A stretch of DNA of 46,697 nucleotides from Gaiellaceae bacterium. Its GTDB lineage: Bacteria; Actinomycetota; Thermoleophilia; Gaiellales; Gaiellaceae. The stretch covers positions 1 through 46,697 of the forward strand of contig JAXIPI010000220.1 in the NCBI GenBank assembly GCA_045403015.1, written 5' to 3'. Below are positions 7,955 through 18,442 of the stretch, in pieces (positions within the stretch are counted from its first letter, which is position 1; every line of letters begins with the position of its first letter). A model generated the notes under the pieces. The model had not been told where the DNA came from. It saw only the letters and a program-made list of their open reading frames with translations, and did no database searches. The position numbers were made by a program, and so were the translations under genes.

Positions 7955-9202
7955 ATGACTCGACAGAAGCACGTGCTCGCGCTCGCCCTGGCGCTGAGCG
8001 TCCTCGTGGCCACCGTGGCGTCGTCTGCGTCGGCCAGGATCGACACGCCTCAGCAGTCGACGGCCGCGACGATCACGATCTGGGACTTCTTCGTCAACAG
8101 CCCGAAAGAGCGGGCCGCCCTGATGGTGGTCGCGAACCAGTGGGCGAAGAAGACCGGAAACAAGGTGGTCAACCCCGGCGACGTGGCCGACTCGTTGACG
8201 AAGTACCCACTGGCGGCGCGTGGAGGCCGTGGGCCCGACGTAGTCCAGTTCCCGCACGACAACCTCGGTCGCTTCGCAGCGGCCGGCGTGATCGCAAGCT
8301 CGCCCTCGGGCTTCGCGATCGACAAGTCGCTCTATGCGCCGGTGGCCACTCAGGCGATCACGTACAAGGGCAAGGTCTGGGGCCTGCCGATCGCGCGTGA
8401 GACGACGTTCCTCTTCTACAACAAGGCTCTCATCGCGCAGCCTCCCAAGACATGGACTGAGCTGATAGCCGCGGCCAAGAGGCTCACCTCCGGCGATCAG
8501 TACGGCTTCCTCTGGGCGCCGGCCGACTTCTACTACGACTACGCCTTCATCGGCGGCTACGGCGGGTTCGTCTTCCAGTCCACGAAGGCGGGCTTCAACG
8601 GACGCCGGCTCGGTCTGGCGACTCCCGGCGCAATCGCCGGGTTCCAGCTGATCCAGGACCTGGTCCAGAAGCACAAGCTGGTGCCGGCGACGACGAACTA
8701 CGACATCATGGACGGGAAGTTCGGCAGCGGCCAAGCCGCGATGATCATCAACGGCCCGTGGGGCGTTCAGAACTACGCCGCGAAGAAGATCAACTTCGGG
8801 GTCGCCCCGCTGCCCACGCTCCCGAACGGCAAGGCTCCGACGCCGTTCGTCGGCGTGCAGATGCTCGGTGTGAACAGCCGCTCCAAGAACGCGCGGGCGG
8901 CATGGGATCTCGTCCGCTATCTGAGCATCAACCTCCCGCTGCCGCTGTACAAGGCATCGGGACGAGTGCCGGCAACCGTTGCGGCCTCGAATGCAAAGGT
9001 GGTCAAGTCGAACCCGGTCACGCAGGTCGTGATCGCGTCGTCGAACAAGGGCCAGCCGATGCCCAACATCCCCGAGATGGGCGCGGTCTGGACGCCCGCC
9101 GCGAGCGTCCTCCAGCTCCTCGTCAAGGGCGAGGTGACCGCTCGTGAGGCGGCTGTGCAAATGACGAACCAGATCGCGAAAGCGATCTCCCAGCAGGGCT
9201 AG
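7955..9202 (+). CDS. ABC sugar transporter substrate-binding protein (MalE/CUT1 family), secreted
   Basis: GGAAGGAG SD before ATG 7955. Signal peptide MTRQKHVLALALALSVLVATVASSASA. Family-typical GPDVVQFPHDNLGRF and YKGKVWGLPIA. Confidence 0.9.
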   Translation: MTRQKHVLALALALSVLVATVASSASARIDTPQQSTAATITIWDFFVNSPKERAALMVVANQWAKKTGNKVVNPGDVADSLTKYPLAARGGRGPDVVQFPHDNLGRFAAAGVIASSPSGFAIDKSLYAPVATQAITYKGKVWGLPIARETTFLFYNKALIAQPPKTWTELIAAAKRLTSGDQYGFLWAPADFYYDYAFIGGYGGFVFQSTKAGFNGRRLGLATPGAIAGFQLIQDLVQKHKLVPATTNYDIMDGKFGSGQAAMIINGPWGVQNYAAKKINFGVAPLPTLPNGKAPTPFVGVQMLGVNSRSKNARAAWDLVRYLSINLPLPLYKASGRVPATVAASNAKVVKSNPVTQVVIASSNKGQPMPNIPEMGAVWTPAASVLQLLVKGEVTAREAAVQMTNQIAKAISQQG

Positions 9203-9221
9203 AAGACGGAGTCCAGAGTCC

Positions 9222-9257
9222 GAGCGGGGCGCGGCCGAGCACGGTCGCGTCCCGCTC
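9222..9257 (+). other. Intra-operon stem-loop between binding-protein and permease genes
   Basis: GAGCGGGGCGCG / CGCGTCCCGCTC form a 12-bp stem (one G-U pair) with a 12-nt loop. Confidence 0.45.
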
Positions 9258-9284
9258 CCCGACCCGCGCGAGCGAGGAGGATCG

Positions 9285-10235
9285 GTGGCGACGAGGACAG
9301 CGACGCCGTACGCACGGCCGCGATTCGCAAGAACGCGCGAGAACGCGTTCGCCTACGCGTACATCCTGCCGGGATTCCTGTTCATCGGTCTGGCGACGAT
9401 CGTCGGCACCGTCTACAGCCTCTACATCTCGTTCACGAACTACGACGGCCTCACGCACTTCGACACGTTCGACTGGGTCGGGCTCGAGAACTACCGGGAG
9501 GTGCTGTTCGGGGTCGACCTCGGCACGTTCTGGATGGTGCTGGAGTGGACCCTCGCGTTCGCTCTGCTGAGCACACTCCTGACCTTCGCCGTCGGCCTCG
9601 CACTCGCCCTGCTGCTCAACGACCAGCGGCTGCCCGAGCGCAGCCTCTACCGGACGCTCCTGATCATCCCCTGGGCGCTTCCCGCGACGATCACGATCCT
9701 CGCCTGGAGCGGCATCTTCAACGACGACTTCGGCTACCTGAACCAGTTCCTGAACGCGACCGGGCTCGGCGACATTCCGTGGCTGGGCGACGCGTTCTGG
9801 GCGAAGGTCTCGGTCCTGATCCTGAACACCTGGCTCGCCTTCCCGTTCATGATGACCGCCTGCCTCGGGGCGCTCCAGTCGATCCCCGACGAGCTGAACG
9901 AGGCGGCCGTTGTGGACGGTGCAGGCGTCCGGTCGCGGTTCAGGTACGTGACGCTGCCGCACCTTCGCTTCGTGATCACGCCGCTCCTGATCGGCACCTT
10001 CGCCTACCAGTTCAACAACTTCAACGTCGTTTATCTGCTGACCGCGGGTAACCCGGCGGTCGAGAACTCGGACGCGGGCGGCACCGACATCCTCGTCTCG
10101 TACACCTACAAGCTGACCCTCGTCCAGCAGCAGTTCGCCGTCGCCGCCGCCTACACCGTCATCATCTTCCTGATCATCGGAACGATCAGCGCGGTGCAGA
10201 TGAAGCTGTCCCGCTCCTTCGAGGATGTGAAGTGA
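9285..10235 (+). CDS. ABC sugar transporter permease (MalF/CUT1-like)
   Basis: GAGGAGGA SD, multiple TM helices, EAA-type loop LNEAAVVDGAGVRSRFRYVTLP. Confidence 0.9.
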   Translation: MATRTATPYARPRFARTRENAFAYAYILPGFLFIGLATIVGTVYSLYISFTNYDGLTHFDTFDWVGLENYREVLFGVDLGTFWMVLEWTLAFALLSTLLTFAVGLALALLLNDQRLPERSLYRTLLIIPWALPATITILAWSGIFNDDFGYLNQFLNATGLGDIPWLGDAFWAKVSVLILNTWLAFPFMMTACLGALQSIPDELNEAAVVDGAGVRSRFRYVTLPHLRFVITPLLIGTFAYQFNNFNVVYLLTAGNPAVENSDAGGTDILVSYTYKLTLVQQQFAVAAAYTVIIFLIIGTISAVQMKLSRSFEDVK

Positions 10236-11128
10236 CCACCGTCACCACCGACCTCGAGCTGCTCCGGCGCCGCTCGCGGAACCGCCGGCTGCTCGGGCTC
10301 TTCGTCAAGCGCTTTGTGATCCTGCTGACGATCGTCGTCGTCGTGGCGCCCGGCTATTTCATCGTGCTGGCCTCGCTCCAGCCGGGCTCGTCGTTCTTCA
10401 GCGGCACGCTGCTCCCGCGCAATCTCACGCTCGACAACTACCGGACGCTGTTCAGCGACACCGAGTTCCCGACCTGGGTGCGGAACAGCATGATCGTCTG
10501 CACCGGGGTCTCCCTGATCTCGACCTCGTGCGTCGCCTTGATGGCGTACGCGTTCGCGCGGCTCCGCTTCTTCGGCCGCCGGTACGGCCTCTTCGGCCTA
10601 TTGCTGATCCAGATGTTCCCGATCGGGATTGCGATCCCGGCGTACTACTTCTTCCTGCTGAAGCTGACCGAATGGACGGACGGCCATGTGGGCCTGGAGA
10701 CGTACAGCGGGCTCATCCTGCTGCTCAGCGGCACCGGGATGGCGTTCTACGCCTGGCTCTTCAAGGGCTACATCGACTCGACGCCGAAGGAGCTGGAGGA
10801 GGCGGCCTTCGTCGACGGCGCCACGCGGTTGCAGGCCCTGCGGTACGTGATCCTCCCACTCGTCCGGCCGATGATCGCCGTCGTCTTCCTGCTGGTCTTC
10901 ATCGCCACCTACAGCGAATACGTCCTCTCGAGCCTCGTCTTCACCGTCGCCCAGGACAAGTTCACGCTTCCGCTCGGGCTGCGGGGCTTCATCTTCCAGC
11001 GCTTCACCGAGAACTGGGGCCAGTTCGCGGCCGCCGCCGTCATCGGTTCCGTGCCACTGATGCTCGTCTTCATCTTCATGCAACGCCACCTCGTCTCAGG
11101 GCTGGCGCGCGGCGCAGTCAAGGGATAA
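10232..11128 (+). CDS. ABC sugar transporter permease (MalG/CUT1-like)
   Basis: GTGA overlap with the preceding permease. EAA loop LEEAAFVDGATRLQALRYVILPLVRP. Confidence 0.9.
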   Translation: MTTVTTDLELLRRRSRNRRLLGLFVKRFVILLTIVVVVAPGYFIVLASLQPGSSFFSGTLLPRNLTLDNYRTLFSDTEFPTWVRNSMIVCTGVSLISTSCVALMAYAFARLRFFGRRYGLFGLLLIQMFPIGIAIPAYYFFLLKLTEWTDGHVGLETYSGLILLLSGTGMAFYAWLFKGYIDSTPKELEEAAFVDGATRLQALRYVILPLVRPMIAVVFLLVFIATYSEYVLSSLVFTVAQDKFTLPLGLRGFIFQRFTENWGQFAAAAVIGSVPLMLVFIFMQRHLVSGLARGAVKG

Positions 11129-11153
11129 GCGACCGACTCGTAAGGAGAGAGCC

Positions 11154-12755
11154 ATGCGCAAGAGATTGCTGATCGCCCTTCCAATCTTCCTGTTCCTCGT
11201 CGCCGGAGTCTCCGCCGCAGCGGACCGGCACGACTCCACTCTCGCGAATCCCGGCTTCGAGGACGGCGGTGCCGCAACGGGGTCCCCGTCCGGCTGGCGC
11301 AGTGCCGGCGACACCGGCGCCGACTTCACCGAGGCAGGCGGCCACTCAGCCGGCTTCCACCTCACGCACTGGAGCGCCGACGCCTACAAGGTCGAGACCA
11401 GGCAGCAGGTGCGACACCTGGACGACGGCTGGTACACGCTCCGCGCCTGGGTGCGAGGGAGTGCGGGCGAGAACGACAGCTCGATCGGACTCGACTGCGG
11501 GCACGACGACGGCGCGCGCGTCCAGGTGCCGGTGTCCACCTCGCAGTGGCTGCAGATCGTCGTCTCGGCGCGGGTCGAGCACGGGTCCTGCACGATCGCG
11601 CTCCGCACCGAGGCGGCGGCGGGAGAGTGGGCGCACTTCGACGACGTCGAGCTCGTCCCGGGCGCGGCACGGCTGTCGATTCTCGGCGCCGACGTCTCGA
11701 GCCTGGCGAAGTCCGAGGACAAGGGTGGCGTCTACCGCACCTCGCGCGGAAAGCGCGGGGACGCGCTCGACATCCTCGAGGACGCAGGCCTCAACTACGT
11801 CCGGCTGCGCGTCTGGGTCGACCCGGCCGACGGCTACCACGACAAGGCCGAGTTGCTCGAGATGGCCCGCCGGGCCAAGAAGGAAGGACTGAAGGTCCTT
11901 GTCGATCTGCACTACTCGGACTTCTGGGCAGACCCCGGCAAGCAGTGGACTCCCGCCGCCTGGGAGGGTCAGAGCTTCGACCAGCTTCTGGAGACCTTCA
12001 CGGCGTACACCCGCGACATCGTCGCGAGCCTCGTCGCGCAGGGAACGCCGCCGGCCATGATCCAGTTGGGGAACGAGATCAATCCCGGCCTCCTCTGGGA
12101 CTACTCGGCGACCTGGACCGGCTGCTCGTCGGCAGATGACGGCGCGGGCGGAACGCGCACCGTTTGCCATACGGAGAACTGGGACCACGTGGCCCGGCTC
12201 CTCACGGCCGGCTATGGGGCAGTGAAGTCGGCGTCACCCTCGACCCGCGTGATGCTCCATCTGGCCGAGGGCGGCAGCAACGGCACCTTCCGCTGGTGGT
12301 TCGACAACGTGACGACGCGCAACGTCCCCTTCGACGTGATCGGCGCCTCGTTCTACGGTTACTGGCACGGCTCGTTGGCGCAGCTCCAGTTCAACCTGAA
12401 CGATGTCGCAACCCACTACGGCAAGGATGTCGTCGTCGCCGAGACGGCCTACCCGTTCACCCTCGGCGACAAGGACAACTGGGAGAACATCATCAACCTC
12501 GAGAGCGAGCTCATCCCCGGCTACCCGGCCACCGCGGACGGTCAGCGCGCGTGGGTCCGCGACCTGATGTCGATCGTGCGCGCCGTCCCCGGCGGTCATG
12601 GACTCGGCGTCTTCTACTGGGACGCGACCTGGACCGGGGTGCCCGGCAACGGCTGGAGCCCGCGCGACCCGGCCTCGGGCAATGCGTGGGAGAACCAGGC
12701 GCTCTTCGGCTTCGACGACCGCTTGCTGCCGGCGATGCGAGAGTTCCGGCCATGA
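11154..12755 (+). CDS. Secreted arabinogalactan endo-beta-1,4-galactanase (GH53, GanB-like) with N-terminal carbohydrate-binding-like module
   Basis: Signal peptide MRKRLLIALPIFLFLVAGVSAAA. GH53-typical LNYVRLRVWVDP, VLVDLHYSDFWADPGKQ, QLGNEIN, VVVAETAYPF. Confidence 0.85.
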   Translation: MRKRLLIALPIFLFLVAGVSAAADRHDSTLANPGFEDGGAATGSPSGWRSAGDTGADFTEAGGHSAGFHLTHWSADAYKVETRQQVRHLDDGWYTLRAWVRGSAGENDSSIGLDCGHDDGARVQVPVSTSQWLQIVVSARVEHGSCTIALRTEAAAGEWAHFDDVELVPGAARLSILGADVSSLAKSEDKGGVYRTSRGKRGDALDILEDAGLNYVRLRVWVDPADGYHDKAELLEMARRAKKEGLKVLVDLHYSDFWADPGKQWTPAAWEGQSFDQLLETFTAYTRDIVASLVAQGTPPAMIQLGNEINPGLLWDYSATWTGCSSADDGAGGTRTVCHTENWDHVARLLTAGYGAVKSASPSTRVMLHLAEGGSNGTFRWWFDNVTTRNVPFDVIGASFYGYWHGSLAQLQFNLNDVATHYGKDVVVAETAYPFTLGDKDNWENIINLESELIPGYPATADGQRAWVRDLMSIVRAVPGGHGLGVFYWDATWTGVPGNGWSPRDPASGNAWENQALFGFDDRLLPAMREFRP

Positions 12756-12762
12756 GGTATCC

Positions 12763-13945
<1,183 letters not shown>

Positions 13946-13953
<8 letters not shown>

Positions 13954-15961
13954 CGCGAACGAGCCAGCCGGACGGGTTCCACCGCTGCTCCCGCGTGTCC
14001 GCGGGCTGCTCTACGGCGGCGACTACAACCCCGAGCAGTGGCCGGAGGAGACGTGGCTCGAGGATGTCGCGCTGATGCGCGAGGCCCACGTGAACCTCGT
14101 CAGCGTGGGCATCTTCTCCTGGGCGCTGCTCGAGCCGGAGCCCGGCGCCTACGACTTCGGCTGGCTCGACCGGGTGATCGATCTGCTCTGGTCGAACGGC
14201 ATCGCCGTCGACCTGGCGACGCCGACGGCCGCTCCGCCCGCGTGGCTCGTGCGCGAGCACCCGGAGGTCCTGCCGGTGACGTCGGAGGGCGTGCGGCTCG
14301 AGTTCGGCAGCCGGCGTCACTACTGCCCGAGCTCACCGGTCTTTCGCGAGGCGACGGTCAGGATCACCGAGCAGCTCGCCCGGCGCTACGGAAGCCACCC
14401 GGCGGTGGCGATGTGGCACGTGGGCAACGAGTACGGCTGCCACGTGCCCGCCTGCTACTGCCCGATCTCGGCGGAGGACTTCCGTGCCTGGCTCCGTTCG
14501 CGCTACGGAGAGATCCAGGAACTGAACCGGGCCTGGGGCACGGCGTTCTGGGGACAGCGCTATCGGAGCTGGTCGGAGATCGAGCCGCCACGCAGGACAC
14601 CCACCTCCGTCAACCCGACCCAGGCGCTCGACTGGAGGCGCTTCTCGTCGGACGCGCTGCTCGCCTGCTACGCCGCGGAGCGGCAGGTGCTCACGGAGCT
14701 GGCGCCGGAGATCCCCGTGACGACGAACTTCATGAACACGTTCCAGCCGGCTGACTACTGGAAGTGGGCCGGACGAGAGGACGTGGTGACACTCGACTCC
14801 TATCCTGACCCCGCTGATCCCGAGGCACACGTCTCGGCTGCGCTGAACTACGACCTGATGCGGTCCCTCCGTGGTCAGCCGTGGCTTCTGCTCGAGCACG
14901 CGGTGAGCGCCGTCAACTGGCGCGAGGTGAACGTGCCCAAGCGCCCTGGTCTGCTGCGGCTCTGGGCCTTCCAGGCGCTCGCGCACGGATCGGACGGTGT
15001 CATGTTCTTCCAGTGGCGCGCGGCGCGGGCGGCGGCCGAGAAGTTCCACAGCGCGATGCTCCCCCACGGTGGGACTGAGACGCGCGGCTGGACCGAGACC
15101 GTCCGGCTCGGAACCGAGCTCGCGGGACTCGAGGAGATCGCGGGGTCGACAGCGCAATCCGATGTCGCCTTTGTGTTCGACTGGGACAACTGGTGGGCCT
15201 TCGACGGCGCCGACCACCCGTCGCAGCTCCTCGACCTGCCGGCGATCGTCCGCTCCTGGTACCGGCCGTTCTTCGACGCGAGCATCGCCGTCGACGTCGT
15301 GCCGCCCGCAGGCGGCCTCGCCGGCTATCGCCTTGTCGTCGCACCGAACCTGTACCTGCTCACAGACGAGGCACTCGAGGCATTGGCCGCCTTCGTCCGC
15401 GACGGCGGCGTCTTCGTGTGCGGCTACTTCAGCGGCATCGTCGACGAGAACGACCACGTGCGTTCGCCGCAGCAGAGGGCCGCGCTGCGGCGCCTGCTTG
15501 GCGTCCGAGTCGACGAGTACTGGCCGATCCCCCCGGGCGAGGAGGTCTCGGTCGAGCTCTCCTCCGGTGAGCGGGTCACCGCGCGAGGCTGGTCGGAATG
15601 GCTCGAGCCCGACGGCGGCGAGGCGGTCGCGTCGTACACCTCAGGCGTGCTCGCCGGCCGTCCCGCCGTGATCCGCCACACCGTGGAGGACGGCGTCGCC
15701 TACTACTGCTCCGCGGGCCTCGACGCGGCCGGAATCGCCGCGATCGTCGCTGCGGCCTGCGAGGACGCAGCCGTCAACCCGGTGGCGGACGTGCCCCCCG
15801 GCGTCGAGGCATGCCGCCGCTCCTCGGAGAACGGGTCGTACCTCTTCCTCCTGAACCACACCGAGCACGAGACCGAGGTCGAGCTTCCGCCGACCGCCGA
15901 GCTCGTGCTCGGTGAGAACCCACTGCCGCCGCTCGGCGTCGCCATCGTCCGCGAGCCGTAA
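13946..15961 (+). CDS. Beta-galactosidase, GH42 family (GanA/BgaB-like)
   Basis: N-terminus LLYGGDYNPEQWPEETWLEDVALMREAHVNLVSVGIFSWALLEP and WHVGNEYG are typical GH42. Start codon (TTG 13946) uncertain. Confidence 0.9.
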
Positions 15962-15967
15962 CCCGCG

Positions 15968-16213
15968 TTACCGCAGGCCTTCCAGCCGCTCGCGGTACTC
16001 CTCGCCCGTGATCTCGCCGCGGGCGTAGCGCTCGGCAAGGATGTCCCTCGCGCGGTCGGCGACGCTCTGGGCGCGTGGCCCGCCCCAGCGCCCGCGCTTG
16101 AAGAACCACACGATCGTCACGATCACCACGAGCCAGAGCAGCGGCCAGAGCGGCCACCAATGGTGATCCCAGTCGTCCTGGCTTGCGAGCAACGTCATCA
16201 GGGTGGTGTTCAT
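15968..16213 (-). CDS. SHOCT-domain membrane protein
   Basis: GAGGAG SD before the ATG at 16213. One TM (WWPLWPLLWLVVIVTIVWFF). C-terminal ILAERYARGEITGEEYRERLEGL is the SHOCT motif. Confidence 0.75.
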   Translation of the reverse strand: MNTTLMTLLASQDDWDHHWWPLWPLLWLVVIVTIVWFFKRGRWGGPRAQSVADRARDILAERYARGEITGEEYRERLEGLR

Positions 16214-16389
16214 CGATTCATCTCCTCTCTTTGTCTCGCGGCCACGGTACGAGTACGCCCGCCGCACGGCGACATCCCGCGGACTGATCTCACGGCCACT
16301 CGCGGACGACTTCGGCCTCCTCCCACGGGGGGAGCGGGATCCTCCTCAGGAGAGACTCGCGGGGCGGTGCCGGCCGTTACCCTCGGGAC

Positions 16390-17556
16390 GTGAACCGCAA
16401 GGAGCTTCTCGCCGACGCCGCCATCGCCGCAGGCGTGTTCGCTCTCTCGCTCCTGCTGCTCGCCGCCGGTGCCCGCGACTCGGCAACGGACGCTCGCAGC
16501 TTCGATGCCCTCGGCGTCACTCTGGCCGCGCTCGGTGCGTTCCCGCTTGTCGCCCGGCGGCGAGCGCCACTCGCGGTGTTCGCGATCACAGCGGCGGCGA
16601 GCGTCGCCCTCACGGCGCTCGATTATCCGCCGGGGCCGCCACTCGGGCCGACGGTCGCACTTTTCTTTCTCGGGCTCGACCCGACCGCGACGCGCGCCCG
16701 TCCTCAGCTCACCGCTGCGGTCGTGTTGGGCTTCTTCGCCCTCCACGTCACCGCCGCGGGCCTGACCCAAGACGAGTTTCCGCTCGTACCGCTTCTCGCT
16801 GGAACGCTCGTGTGGGGCGGCGCCTGGGTTCTCGGCGACCGCTTCCGGCAGCGCCGGGCGCGCCTGACCGAGGTGCTCGACCGCGCACTACGCGCCGAGC
16901 GGGAGACCGAGCGCGAGCGCCGCCTCGCGGCCGCCGCGGAGCGCACGCGCATCGCCCGCGACCTCCACGACTCCGCCGGTCCCGCGATCAACGTGATCCT
17001 CGTCCAGGCCGGGGCCGCACGCTTGCTGCAGGAACAGGATCCGGTGAGGACGCGCGCCGCGCTGGAGACGATCGAGGATGTCGCGCGCGAGACTCTGGCC
17101 GAGATCGATCAGCTCGTCCGCGTTCTCCGCGAGGACGTCTCCTCCAACGGGAGCGAGGTCGAGCCGCCTCCGGGGCTCGCCGCCCTCGAGACGCTCGCCG
17201 AACGACATCGCGCCTCCGGGCTCGCCGTCGTCGTCCAGCTCGACGGCAGTCGCCGGCAGCTCGCACCCGCCGTCGACCGCGCCGCCTACCGGATCCTCCA
17301 GGAGGCGCTGACGAACGCCGCCCGCCACGGGCAGGGAAGCGCCGACGTCGAGGTCGCCTTCGGCAGACAGGCGCTGGAGCTCACGGTGACCAACCCGCGC
17401 CCGCGCAACGCAACTCAGGCCGACGGTCACGGCATCGTCGGCATGCGCGAGCGGACGGAACTGCTCGGCGGCAGCTTCGAGGCGATCGCGGTCGATTGTC
17501 TCTTTCGCATGCGGGCGCGCCTGCCCTACAACGGCGGCGAACGGCGGCCATCGTGA
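16390..17556 (+). CDS. Sensor histidine kinase, HisKA_3 (NarL-partner) type, polytopic membrane N-terminus
   Basis: H-box ERTRIARDLHDSAGP. HATPase motifs LQEALTNAARHG and GHGIVGMRERTELLGG. Confidence 0.85.
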   Translation: MNRKELLADAAIAAGVFALSLLLLAAGARDSATDARSFDALGVTLAALGAFPLVARRRAPLAVFAITAAASVALTALDYPPGPPLGPTVALFFLGLDPTATRARPQLTAAVVLGFFALHVTAAGLTQDEFPLVPLLAGTLVWGGAWVLGDRFRQRRARLTEVLDRALRAERETERERRLAAAAERTRIARDLHDSAGPAINVILVQAGAARLLQEQDPVRTRAALETIEDVARETLAEIDQLVRVLREDVSSNGSEVEPPPGLAALETLAERHRASGLAVVVQLDGSRRQLAPAVDRAAYRILQEALTNAARHGQGSADVEVAFGRQALELTVTNPRPRNATQADGHGIVGMRERTELLGGSFEAIAVDCLFRMRARLPYNGGERRPS

Positions 17557-18209
17557 CGACAGTCCGCGTCCTCCTCGTCGACGACGACGACCTGATGCGC
17601 GCCGGCCTCACGGCGGTCCTCTCGAGCGACGAGACGATCGACGTTGTCGGCGAGGCTCCCGATGGGCGCGCGGCGGTCGAGCGGGCGATCGAGCTCCGGC
17701 CGGACGTGGTCCTGATGGACGTGCGGATGCCCGGTCTCGACGGCATTGCCGCCACCCGCGAGCTGCTCACCGTCTCGCCGGACGTCAGGGTCGTCGTCCT
17801 CACGACCTTCGAGCAGGACGACTACATCTTCGGTGCTCTCAGCGCCGGTGCCTCGGGCTTCCTGCTCAAGAGGACGAGACCGGAGGAGCTGATCGCCGCG
17901 ATCCACACGGTCGCGGCCGGGGACTCGCTCCTCTCCCCCTCCGTCACCCGGACAGTGATCCAGCGCGTGGCCGGACAGCCGGCGCCCGATGCAACCGCAG
18001 AAGCGCGGCTGGACGAGCTCACCGCACGCGAGCGGGACGTGCTCGAGCTGATCGCGCGCGGGCTCTCGAACGGTGAGATCGCGGCCACGCTCGTGATCGA
18101 GGAGTCGACCGTCAAGACCCACGTCCGGCACATCCTCAGGAAGCTCCGGCTCCGCGACCGCGTGCAGGCAGTCATCTTCGGCTACGAGAGCGGCCTGATC
18201 CGGCCTTAG
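17553..18209 (+). CDS. NarL/LuxR-family response regulator
   Basis: GTGA overlap with the kinase. Receiver VRVLLVDDDDLMR...DVVLMDVRMPGLDG. LuxR HTH LTARERDVLELIARGLSNGEIA. Track ORF 16203..18209 is real only from 17553. Confidence 0.9.
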   Translation: MTTVRVLLVDDDDLMRAGLTAVLSSDETIDVVGEAPDGRAAVERAIELRPDVVLMDVRMPGLDGIAATRELLTVSPDVRVVVLTTFEQDDYIFGALSAGASGFLLKRTRPEELIAAIHTVAAGDSLLSPSVTRTVIQRVAGQPAPDATAEARLDELTARERDVLELIARGLSNGEIAATLVIEESTVKTHVRHILRKLRLRDRVQAVIFGYESGLIRP

Positions 18210-18442
18210 GGCTTGTCTGGGTCGTAGCCGGAAAGCGAGCTGTAGAACCCGAGCCCGCAGCGGGCGATCCCGATGTCAGGCCCCGAGCCCACGTACGCCT
18301 GTTGGATTCCGATGCAGTTCGTGTAGAGCCTCGTGTGGGCGTACTTGGCCGCGGCGTCGGCCTTCTTCTCGATCGCCGAGAGGTGGGCCGCCTGCGCGTC
18401 CAGCTTCTTCTCAATCTTGGCGAGCCTGCTGAGGGTCTTGAA
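18206..18442 (-). other. 78 sense codons with strong coding character, in frame with and directly after the TGA stop of the M23 gene; no canonical start near its 5' end
   Basis: Local reading ...AAC GGA TGA TTC AAG ACC CTC... translates FKTLSRLAKIEKKLDAQAAHLSAIEKKADAAAKYAHTRLYTNCIGIQQAYVGSGPDIGIARCGLGFYSSLSGYDPDKP, ending at TAA. Nearly every third position is G/C. Confidence 0.45.

Noticed and set aside
16203-17552. Arg-rich N-terminal 450 aa of the 668-aa track ORF, and similarly 23024..23491 ahead of cheA
   Set aside because: These are out-of-frame overlaps with the histidine kinase (respectively the MCP/CheW genes). The real genes start at GTG 17553 and ATG 23492, where stop/start overlaps and domain boundaries coincide.
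15968-18209. SHOCT protein divergent from a NarL-type two-component pair as a possible module
   Set aside because: All three are common, canonical-looking genes, and nothing unusual is visible in motifs or spacing.
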